64,000 nt of DNA, taken from Xylographa opegraphella. Lineage: Eukaryota. Position numbers and translations under genes: made by a program. Below, piece by piece: positions 53,737 through 64,000 of this stretch. The first letter of the stretch is position 1; each line of letters begins with the position of its first letter. The notes beneath the pieces were generated by a model. That model saw only the letters and a program-made list of their open reading frames with translations. It was not told the DNA's origin and did not search any database. The stretch covers positions 558,001 through 622,000 of the forward strand of contig JALDZX010000003.1 of NCBI GenBank assembly GCA_022813865.1. The letters run 5' to 3'.

Positions 53737-54836
53737 ACCTGCTGGGGGCCGGGAGCCCTGTCTGTAATATATCCGCTATTGGGCGGGGACATTGTAACGG
53801 CTGGGTGTCTATATTGGAGGAGGACATATATGGGCTATTTCGTTGCTCGTACAGCAGTGTCGTCTTCGATGTTTGGATACCTACGGGTGTGGGATCTTTA
53901 TGTTGCTCGAGAGCAGAGGCCTCTTTCTACGTTTTGGATACTTTACCACCTACTACACCCCGGCGAGAGTAGAGACGTGTTCTATGTTTGGATAGCCTAC
54001 CTACTACACCCCATCGAGAGGTATCGCATGCGAGTCATTTTTCCCGGGTGGTCACTCGATTACCTTGAACGAATATTCCCATCTCACGCTCTCACTCAGC
54101 TAACGCGTGACTTGCAAACCATGTTTCCTTACCATACACCGACCGCTGTTTTGCAACGCCCCAGCCCCGTCCGTCCCGTCGTCACACCAGAGCAACCCAC
54201 AATGCAGACCACAGTCGTCCTTGATCCGGTATCTCCCATCCAAGCCCATCGGCCGCATCTCCCCACCCACATCCCAGCACAGTTTTCGCCCACGCAACCG
54301 TCCGTAAAGCCACACGCCTACCCTCGCTCCCAGGTTACCATCTCCAATACGCTCCCCCACCCCTTCCCGGCACACGCATGTCAACACCCGAGCCCTTGCA
54401 CGGGTAGCGGCAGCACCACGTTCCAGCTCCTGGGGACAAGCCCACGCCTCGCCCGCAAGGGAAACCGAATCCCCCCTGGTCTCTGAGGATTGACTGCCGA
54501 AATAGGCTTGAGGCTTTTGTGGAATTGCGTGGTAGACGTTTGTAGAATGCCCTTTCCAAATCCCTCCCTATGATGAAAACCCCTCGCCCCGCCTCTCCAC
54601 TCGCTTCAGTAGCGTAGCTGAGTTGATTCACGGTCATTGGCGCCAAAAGCACACCGAGGCTTCAGGCGCGCGCTTTTTGGGAGGGTTGCAGGTGGGCTTT
54701 TGCAGGCAACACTTTCACTTTGGTGCTGAGCACGTAATTTTTTGTTTCTTATAACTTTTTTTCAAACCGCACGTTATACCATCCAAACCACCATCTTTTG
54801 ATCGACTAACCACAACCCGTATTGCAAAGCGGAAAG

Positions 54837-56538
54837 ATGACTATGTCCGTATTGCAGCTGCTGATGACGGTGCTGGCGTTCACCGCCTTGCCACTGCAGG
54901 CGAAGCTGGTGGAGCGGGAGCTGACGGACTGCGATGGCGTGGGGACCTGTACGTTGACCATTCGGCACAGAGGGCCGTTTGTGCGATTTTTACGCATGCT
55001 TTTTATCCACGCACAATGGGCACTGACTCGCGGGGGATCCAGTCACCTGCCCTACGGGGACTTGCTATACCGGTGTTGACGGCTATATTGGCTGCTGTTC
55101 GGTGTAAGTTTGGCCTTTCGTCGCGGTTTTTTTCTGCTTTTCTACTCTTTTCCTTCGAGTGATCGTGAGGCTGATGGGTGATGCGGACTTGGTAGATCGA
55201 GCTGTGCGGGACGGACAACATGTCTTTCCTATACCACAGGCAGTACGGCCGACTGCGATATGAACACGGGAGGATGTGTCGTGTGGTGAGTTCTTGACTC
55301 CATCACAGTGGTCTCGACTGTACTCCCCTCACCTCTGCTTTGTCGTCTCGATCTTCCTGTCCCGTTTACCCTGTCGAGAACACTGTGCGTGCTCATCACA
55401 CAACGTCTCTCACACCGAATTTCATATTAAGCCACCGTATTGACATGCATGCAGCTCTCAGCCTCAAAACCCAGCCTGCGTCACGATCACCAATGCTCTC
55501 GAAGACCAATACACCATGTACTGCGGACCTGTTGCCGACGTGGTCACCTTGTCATACAATAACCTTATCACCACTGGCTCTACCGCGTATCCACCAACAT
55601 TAAGTACAATCTTGACCGTCTTCCCGACTTCTGCACTCGAGAGTATCCTAAGCGCTCAGCTTGCCGGTTCGACCAGTACTACTGTTTCCTCATCCACTGT
55701 CAGCGTTACTTCTAGCACAAGCACTGGGGCTACCGGCATCGTTACCATCACCACCACATCTGTCAACCTTACATCATCAGCATCTACCTCGTCAAGTGCC
55801 ACGAACTCTAATGCCTCAGATCCCTCTCGCAACAGCGCCCAAACACCCACCTCACTATCTTCTGGCGCAATTTCAGGAATATCTATTGGCTCGGCTGCTG
55901 TAGGACTTCTGATCATGGCTCTCGTCTCATATTTCTGCATCCGACCTTGTCTATACCGACGCGCAGTGCTAAGGCACAACCGCACTCCTCGCGGTACTCT
56001 CGGTGGCGCAACCTTGCCTGGTCCTGCAGCACCTGTTGAAACCTATGAAGCACCCCGAAGATATATCAATGTTCCACAGGAAGAGCGCACCGACATGCAC
56101 ATCCCTCAACAGCCAATTCAACAAGACATCAGTATGACTACCTATGGAATCCAGAGAACACCCTGGAATGCGTCGAGTGTCGGTGACAATCGAAGACCTG
56201 GAATCTCAGAACTCCACAGCGAAACGCAGATCCCCATATATCATGAAGAACAACCCGCGCGAAATTTCCTTGGCAGCCAAACCGATAAGCCACCAGCCAC
56301 ACCCCACGCCTCCACCAGCGCCGCCGAGCTAGAGCACCATAGCTGCCCGAGCTCTCCAATTGGCAGCTTCTCGTCGCCGACACGCCTGAGCGTGCCATCA
56401 TCGCCGTCGGCGATGATGAGCCGCGAAGCCAGTCAAAAGAAGACACGGCTGTCGGCGACGGGAAGCCAGGGCTATATCAGCCCAGAGCAGGCGATGGCCG
56501 AAGGGCTAAGCTGCGGCGACAAGGAAGAGGAGGAGTGA
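54837..56538 (+). CDS. Type I membrane protein: signal peptide, Cys-rich domain, Ser/Thr stalk, TM helix, tail
   Basis: Introns 54949-55042, 55104-55195 and 55286-55454 give MTMSVLQLLMTVLAFTALPLQA...CPTGTCY..GYIGCCS..SCAGRTTCLSY...CVVCSQPQNPACV, then an S/T stalk, LSSGAISGISIGSAAVGLLIMALVSYFC and ISELHS. Confidence 0.87.
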
Positions 56539-57245
56539 GTCCATTGGCACCTGGGCGTTGGAGGAGGGGCGGAATGGGTCCTCTGCTTTTGCAGACCCGC
56601 TTGGGCTGGAGCGTTTCGATAGGGAGTTCTGTAGTTTCGTGACTCGTAGCGAGTCTCGTTGTTAATTGAAGACAAATCACTTCCAGATTTGAGGCTGTGT
56701 CGCACGATATGGTAAATGGTTGACATCTGCTGTGTTCATTGAAAGTACGCCTAACTGTGTGATGGTAAATGATTTAAGCCAGTAGATTTGGTCGGTCATC
56801 GACCCGCTTCATCCACTGTAACGAAAAACCTGAGTACTGTAGAGCTGTAACGTAAAAAATCCCAAGAATGTGAACGAACTCCCAGCCAGCTGTAGTTACG
56901 GTGGAACGGTGCCAATAGCGATATTCGCGGGGGCACTCGGTTACGGTAGCTGGCCATGATGGTTGACCATACAGGTGAAGTAAGGGCCTCACCAACCGCT
57001 GCCTTACTGGAGCCTGATAGATATAGACAGTCAGAATAATCAGCAGAGCTCTGGAAGAAAGATTCAGCTATGCAGATCAAAGAGCAAAAATGCAAAAACA
57101 TACCCCATGTTGATGGTATGAAACTCAGCTGGTGCTTGGTTTTTTCCCTAGATCCTGTTCCCCCATCCTGTTTCCACAATACCTTTTCCCCAACCACTTT
57201 TCTCCAACCCCTTTTCCCTATCCTTTTCCCAAATCTTTTTTCACT

Positions 57246-57366
57246 TGTCCACCCTGGGGCTCGAACCCAGTCCTCAACATTGATAGTGTGCTCAGACTAC
57301 GTCTGCATCGGGAGTACAAGCCGCATAGCCACCATCTCCCCTAGCCGAGTAGGCTAGGATCTGAAC
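57246..57366 (-). tRNA. tRNA-like element with intron (possible Ser-GCU-like pseudo-tRNA)
   Basis: T-arm CTGGG-TTCGAGC-CCCAG, 3' acceptor GGTGGAC-A, D-arm-like TAGCCTACTCGGCTAGGG, stem GATGG/CTATC around TG-GCT-A plus a ~38-nt insert. The 5' acceptor GTTCA[GAT]CC carries 3 extra nt. Confidence 0.5.
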
Positions 57367-59657
57367 TGATGACCTGCGATCTAGACCAGGCGACCATACT
57401 GTGATGGAAGAAGCTGTCCTTTTATTAAATATATACCTTTAATTGATCGCTTGGCACCACAACGCTTCGGTCTTTTGTGCGCTGCACCTTTGCTGAACCA
57501 CCACAGCAACACAGCAACACAGCATCGTGAAAGGTTACACTTACAGTACTGCACGACTTGTCTTTCACACAGCATGCTTTTTTACACTCCGAACCTCTTC
57601 AGGCGACTCAAGACCAAGTATTTTATGCCTCGCGCGAAACACATTCGACCGATGAATGCACAGCCTGCAGTCTCTAGCATACTCTGTGTCTGCTCAGCTG
57701 CTTGACTCATGATTCTTCAAGACACGGTATGAAATGTTTATCGCCTTTGTTCTCTATAGCCTTCAGCTAGTCGAGTGCGTATATTTGATCCACGACACGA
57801 CCTGGAAGCCATGCATCAATGCAAAAACAATGCTGTATGGCCAGTACAAGACGCGACGATGCTACATGCTGTCTTCTTCCTCTCGAGGTATGAGAGCCAG
57901 TCTTTCTAAAGGAAAGAAATACCAAACAACAATGCGATCGAATACAAAGATACAATATACGAATACTGGATCTGGAACTCACCTTTCAATCAAAGGTACA
58001 GATTCTATCGACTGCTGGGCTAGCGCACGTGCAGTTGACCAGTACCTCTGAATCTCTCGAGCTTACGTTAGAGGCTTACGACGTACGTAACAGCTTCCTC
58101 TCGACAAGATGGCAATAACCATCCTTGAGTCCAATTCATTTACGGGCACTCGAAATCTTCACAGGACAGCATACTGGTTCCCGACACTTGTTTGCGAAAG
58201 GCTGGCTGATTTCATGCCGGCATGTGCCACTCGTCATGGGATAGAGCGCAATGCAGTTGGGCCTGGAACGTAAAGGACCAAATTGGACGAGGCTTTTGCA
58301 GGACCCGACCCCTATATCACGACAGCCTCAGCGACCAATATGCTAGTTGTCTCGAAACATGGTGCAGCGTTCGTTCCGTGGTCTTGTGACCAATCAACCT
58401 GCAAAGCAGCGAGCCTAGACAGCTGATTGAGAGAACCTGGTCTGAAGGGACAGCAGACTTCGCTTGTGGCGCGATCAAAGCAAGCTGTCGGCACCACCTT
58501 ACGGGGCTGTGGCGCTCGCAAGCTGTTTTGTATAGTCAGGCCATGACCTGCGAGCTTCCGTAAAGATGCTTTTTCATGGGCGTCACGCGGTCTTTCGTCC
58601 CCTCAGCCATTCCATCTGTCCTCAGCAGTACCGTGATCCACGAAGCGTCCACGAAGGTCCTAAGGCCAGCTCAAGGGTATGCGGGCAAGTCTCGGGATGT
58701 TCTCCACTTTCTACGGAAGCTCTTCCTGGGCAGTCTGAACCAAAAACGCAAGCCACCGGCCCAGCCCTGTACTTTGAGTTCGGTGCCACCAAGGGCGTCG
58801 TCAAACGTAGTCGCTTCACCTCGCATGAACGATGCGGATCGGATCCTGTTCCCTCGCCTACATTGCATGGGCGTGTGTACTAGAGTTGAATATCGAACAT
58901 GTCGTGCTTTCCCACGAGGCAAAGCAGCGGCAGCACCCTACAGAGCTGAAAAGGCCGCCCGGCAGCCTCCTGACTGGCTCGCTTACCCTAGCCGGGCCGA
59001 GATTTCCCCTAGGAATCGGTCGCTGAAAGCAGACGGGCAGCTTCGACCGACGACCTCAGCTGAAGACTGCAACGCCGATCTCCACCCGGCTTGTCCACTA
59101 CCTTACCGCAGTGCATCGTCTTCGCATCTGGCCCTGCCATGGCAAAACTCCCAGACCTCTCTTGGCACCTTGAGTCCAGGCTTGAGCGCTCTCTCGTAAG
59201 GACGAGCTCACCGTCGAAAACCATACCATGAACCTAGATCCCGCATGCCCCCCAGAATGGTAAGAGGCGTCGATATAGACGTGCGTGGCTCCAGCTGAAA
59301 GGGCACATGGAGCACGCTACAAATGCAGGTGTACTGTCGCAGAAGGCCGTACCCTCGGACAGCCATCGGTGCCATTGGTAGACTGTGGAAGGACTGGTTC
59401 GTATTTGGATAGTCAGGTGCTGCTAGTGTGGCTTCAGTTGCTGACTTGGGTAATGGAAAAGCTCAGATGTAAGATGAATGGGCGTAGCAATGGCTGTTTC
59501 AGCGGGCATATCATCCTCGGCCGCCTGGCTTCGTTGCACCACATGGATAACAAGGAAAACAATGTATCCAAGGGCATCTTTATTCTTGAGGACTATCGCG
59601 GGAGATTACGGCAGAGAATTGCCTTAAAGAGAGGCCCTTGTGCCATATTCTTCCATC

Positions 59658-60215
59658 ATGCCACCTCTTCCTCCGCTCAGCTCCGGTATCTATGAGACCT
59701 CGGCTCGTTGTCCAAACCCATCTCAATCCAGCATCATCAACTCGTTACCCCCTTACTCGACTCCCCATCTACTGGCAAATCTCATTATCGCCAGTGCCAT
59801 AGTACTCGTCATATTCCTCTACTGGTATAAGCGCAGGAAGCCTCGCTTCAGCATGTCCCAATATCCTTCCATGCTGGAAAAGTCCTTCGGTAGATCAAGT
59901 CCGCCTCCATCCGCAACGAGGTCTTATCCCTCTTACCAACCCTCCTCGCAACGCCAAAACTATGGGAGTGACCCACCTCCACCAGCGCCTACCATTCGGC
60001 GGCAGTCGGAGCCCTTCGGGACTGCCAGTCCTGAAAGCGCTGGAGGTCAGAAGGCAGCCGGCACATCTCCGGAACCCGTTGCTGATCGTCAGCAACCTCT
60101 GAGACTACCCCCGCCTTGGGTACCTGGGAGAACAGATACGTTTGTGAGGCTAAATGGATGTCGCAGGCATGTGATGGTCATTGAAGGTCATCCGCTCAGG
60201 AGAGGAACTGCTTGA
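59658..60215 (+). CDS. Small single-TM hypothetical protein
   Basis: ATG at 59658; one hydrophobic helix LLANLIIASAIVLVIFLYWY followed by KRRK; Pro/Ser-rich tail ending GCRRHVMVIEG. Confidence 0.65.
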   Translation: MPPLPPLSSGIYETSARCPNPSQSSIINSLPPYSTPHLLANLIIASAIVLVIFLYWYKRRKPRFSMSQYPSMLEKSFGRSSPPPSATRSYPSYQPSSQRQNYGSDPPPPAPTIRRQSEPFGTASPESAGGQKAAGTSPEPVADRQQPLRLPPPWVPGRTDTFVRLNGCRRHVMVIEGHPLRRGTA

Positions 60216-60684
60216 GGTAACGACTGTATCAAGTCAAGAGTTGGGTGCGGATAGCCTGGTAAACAAGGCTGAGCATCATCGCACACAGCAACACACAACT
60301 TTGTGCAGATCTGCGACCGCATTGTGTAGGGAATACACGATGGGGTTTTCTTCCTACTTCATTGCTAGGTGCACACATCGCAACCTAGGTAGGAGAACTC
60401 TCACAACATCGGCTTGGCTTGCTCAGGCTCTTCCTTTGGGGAAAGTACACTTTTGGATTGAAATTTCTGCCGACAATGTGTGCTATTGTAACAACCATGA
60501 CCTGATGCTGAGCGCTATACCATTTTGTGAGCTGCCGTCCTCACTCTCTGGCTGCACCCTTGTTGTTTTGGTCTTCAACATCCATGAGATACCCTGTCCA
60601 CCCGCTTTAAAGCTGCTTGCAGTCCAGTCTTCACATCTGCTGAACCGCCACTTTTCTCGAACCGCTATCTTAACCCCTTTACTC

Positions 60685-61319
60685 CTACTTCTTCCCCACT
60701 TCACATACCTTCCCATCAACCCACTTATCCTCGTCGTACCCAATCATCATGACCGCCTCGCTCCGCTTGAAAAACGACTCCTCATCCGGAATCACAACTC
60801 GCTTGTACTCCTCGTCTTGAATTATCTGGCGCACAGTCTTAACAACTACGTCCAACAACGAAAAGTACAGAAGGACTAAAACCTAAGCTAGAAGAGCTCT
60901 CATGTATGGACTTCGCAAGTTAACATCCCAAGGAAACCACTCACACTCATCAGATCCTCCGCCGTCGCCGCCCAAATGTTCACGCCTCCATCATACTCGA
61001 CGATCGGGAGGCCGTGCGCGCGCAGCGCGGATGACTTTTCGTGGTCGACATGGAACTATATCCTCTCAGATCAAACAGTCCTCACCGTAGGCTCTCGGCC
61101 GATAGAACTGCTCGGGCCTGCATACCTGCGAGTACTTGATCACTTTCTCCTGGACGATCTTGATGCTGAGCCAGATCTTCGAGTGGGAGGCGGACCAGCT
61201 GAGAGCGATGTCAGAGACGGAGTGAATGAGAATGAAACAGATGAAAAGTACTATTTGTGGAACTCTTCGTTGGACAGCGAGTCGAGTTTCTTGATGAAGA
61301 TGGTGAGGTGGGCGACCAT
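60685..61319 (-). CDS. EthD-domain (dimeric alpha/beta barrel) protein, 130 aa
   Basis: Exons 61252-61319, 61126-61198, 60945-61055 and 60685-60825 give MVAHLTIFIKKLDSLSNEEFHKYWSASHSKIWLSIKIVQEKVIKYSQFHV...EYDGGVNIWAATAEDLMSIIQDEEYKRVVIPDEESFF..., matching the EthD pattern S.EEF..YW...H / YDG / D.EY...V.PDE..F. Confidence 0.88.
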
Positions 61320-63584
61320 GGCGGCAAGGGACGGGTGGGTATGGGACGTCAAGGTGAACCGTGTGAGCAAGTGGTATCGATGCAGATGGAAGTGTTCGTC
61401 GGAGACGTGGTCAAGTCTGGCCTATCTATCCCTTTATATCGGAGTTTCTGCCCTGCTTTTATACCGCAGCAGCTTCTCGCTCTACATGGACACTCGGTCT
61501 CGAGCACGTCACGACTACTACTGAACTTCCTAGTGATTGACACCTTCAACAATCATGCCGACCGGTCGTCGGTGTTCGAAGTTGAAGTGGCAGTCTGGAC
61601 CTGTGGTGATGCAAGTAGAACGCATACTGCTGCGCGGATATTGCAGCATTTATCCGTGCTCGAAGGACATAACGGCCGTAGGGAACGTCGAGGCTGATAT
61701 GGCTGGGACTGGTAATCTCACGGGTAGGATCATGGCGTAAGCTGACCTGTTCATGTACGGGGTTTCGTGCTGGGAATTTCTGTCATATCTGCGCTCTGAA
61801 ATCTACGCTCTGAAGGGGGGGGCGTTATACAGGGGACTGGGTAGTATCGTGTCGGTTTCCGTCCGGTTGCTGATGGGACTACTTGTCCGTATGCGGCATT
61901 CTTCTCGGACAGGGGGTGTGAGTCCAGTGATGGACTCGAGACTTGGTAGGGATTTGGGTGTGGTTTGCGAATGGTGCATGGTCACATACGAGTTCGAGGA
62001 ACAGTAAGTCAGGCATTGGAGCGTGCAAGAAGAGGCCTGCGGGTCGTGCGGGCAACGAGCACCTACCACAGAGGAATTTCAAGTAGGGTACTGTATCTTG
62101 AAAACTCTGAGGATATGGCAGACCACAAAAGGAGACGAGTGGCAGACCACTAGGGGAGAATATCATTATGACTTTTTCGCATACCGGCCATCCTGTTCAC
62201 TAAGCAGATTATAGCATGGATTGGTCACCCATATCATCCGGACCATGCGTCTAATTGAGGTGAGAAGAAGCATGTCAAACCTGTTTTCGCAGAGCTGCAG
62301 GCAGCCCGTGGGATGTAGTGCATATTGATACCCACGGGACGCATATAGCATTGTTAGCCGCCGACAGTGATTTATGAAGATACTGTCCCAACATTTCAAG
62401 GACGGGGACAATTTACTGGTGGTTTCTCAGCTCGCGCACCCAATCAGTTTCTTCGAGTGAAACTTCCAAAGTCGTGGACACTTGACTGACGTATTATGTA
62501 TCCACTCGATCATTCATGGCATTTTATTCCTGTTTCGACTCCGAACCTTGTGGACAGCACTGAAATTGTCAAGGGCCCAGACGTGCTCCCCAGATCCTCA
62601 TTTTCGACTCTGTTTGTAATTTCCATTCCGGTATATTTTTTGGGATATCGACAACCATAATCATTTCAGAGCGTAGATTTTAGTAAATTGCTATCGAGAG
62701 AAAAAGCATTGCCCACGTTCTTGATCACGTACCCGCTGTTACACTGCAACGAAGGCACATCATCTCCATATGAGGCAATCGATCGACACCGATACATACA
62801 GAATAGCGAAAGCCTAGTTCCTTGGATATGTGAAATGAACCTTGCCGTTTATTACAGCAGCTAATCCTAGGATAAGCAGTGCGATAGGAGAGTTCGGTAA
62901 GCAATAATATCGTGATGCGTCAGTAGGGGGAGATTACACCAGGTGTAGCTACATAGCCGTGGGAAATAATAGGACAGTCGTGCCGTATCGATGGTGCTCA
63001 GTACTCCGTGGTCTTTGATGCGCTGGAGGATTAGCGATCACAATGGCCAGGCGAAATCAGGGGCCACGATATCCCGTTGGCTCATCAGAGCTAGGCCGTA
63101 GGACCTAAACGAGGAGCTGATCCCCTTCATCGAATCTTCAATTCTTGACCTGAGAATGTTATCGTCATCGCCATTGAGGTCCTAATGAAGATAGCAGCAT
63201 GAGATTGCTCAGCGAGCTGTAACGGCATAATGGACATCTCTAGAAGACAATTCAGACTCGATTCTTTATATGTACTTTACTTTAGCATTTGGTCTTGAGC
63301 TCCGCTGCACTTCGCTCTGAGCACGGCGTGGGTTGGACCGCATACTGTGTTGAAACAACCCGGCATCTGCTGAGCTCCCGCAATCACTATGCACTCATCT
63401 CTCATTTTAAATTCAGATGCTTTTTCGTCATGTCAAGGTTCCCCACTCGAGATACCAGCTTTTTGGTGAAGTGCTGTTGCGGCCGCCGCCTCTGGGTCTA
63501 GATAAATGGCTCTGCAGCTTTCCTTTTAGTCTGGTCAAAGATTATATCTTTTTTGCAATCATAACCTCTTTTGTCACTTACAAG

Positions 63585-64000
63585 ATGAACTATTTGATTG
63601 CGCTTACATTGTTGTTTCTGGCGGTGACCTCACGAGCACAATGCCCTAATCCACAGCCCTGCTCTGGTGCTTGTGGTTCTGTACATGATCCCGCCATCGT
63701 CAAGAAAGGAGACAAAAGTTACTACAGGTTCTCAACGTTTGGAGGAATCTCTATAGTAACCGCTCCAAACCTCAAAGGCCCATGGACTGTGCAAGGAGAT
63801 GCTTTACCTGGTGGATCGGTCATTGACCTGCCCGGCAATACTAGTCTTTGGGTATGCGAATCATCCAGTCCTACTTGTACCCTATCGGAAGCACCCAAAA
63901 AGGTTTTGCTCGCTCGGCATAGTGATCACGTTTGATTTGGCATCTGTTTTGAATTATACTGACTTGCCGCTACAGGCACCGGATGTTCACCATATTGGAA
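63585..64000 (+). CDS. abnA: Secreted GH43 endo-1,5-alpha-L-arabinanase, 5' part (runs off the window end)
   Basis: Signal peptide, PNPQPCSGAC..VHDPAIV, YYRFST, GPW, LW|APDV across intron 63852-63975. Confidence 0.9.

Noticed and set aside
53779..54486. 235-aa ORF downstream of MHP1
   Set aside because: TTG start, built from short repeats and a C-rich tract, no recognisable domain.
58576..59199. 207-aa ATG-initiated ORF
   Set aside because: No recognisable domain or coding-like composition. It cannot be supported without expression or homology data.
60181..61697. Plus-strand ORFs 60181-60879, 60976-61524 and 61257-61697
   Set aside because: Antisense to the spliced EthD gene, which explains the region better.

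Overview
This is eukaryotic genomic DNA from a filamentous ascomycete (Pezizomycotina), inferred from short GT-AG introns with CTRAY branch points and from the gene families. I read about 20 protein-coding loci by splicing exons by eye. In order: a transaldolase-like gene (partial), an NmrA-like reductase, an MFS transporter, the C2H2 factor CON7/RfeC behind ~5 kb of non-coding DNA, a PPR protein, DBP2, a stand-alone ThiD kinase, an F-box/LRR-like pseudogene, ARP9, ISN1, a Cys-rich single-pass membrane protein, NTE1, GUD1, an amino-acid permease, RPL5, an MHP1-like LRR protein, a second Cys-rich membrane protein, a small membrane protein, an EthD-domain gene absent from the ORF track, and a partial GH43 arabinanase. 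The window also holds several mini/microsatellites and a tRNA-like element. The most unusual signals are: (1) recurrent GC-rich islands that switch from C-rich to G-rich on the same strand, overlap gene 3' ends and reshape protein sequence; (2) a doubly disrupted F-box/LRR gene (73-bp tandem duplication plus in-frame TAG) just upstream of a ThiD gene lacking its TenA domain; (3) rich splicing architecture in DBP2, CON7 and ISN1; (4) a non-canonical intron-containing tRNA-like element; (5) recurrent TACCT/AGGTA and TACTCCGTA intergenic motifs. Family assignments come from motif recognition from memory, not database searches.
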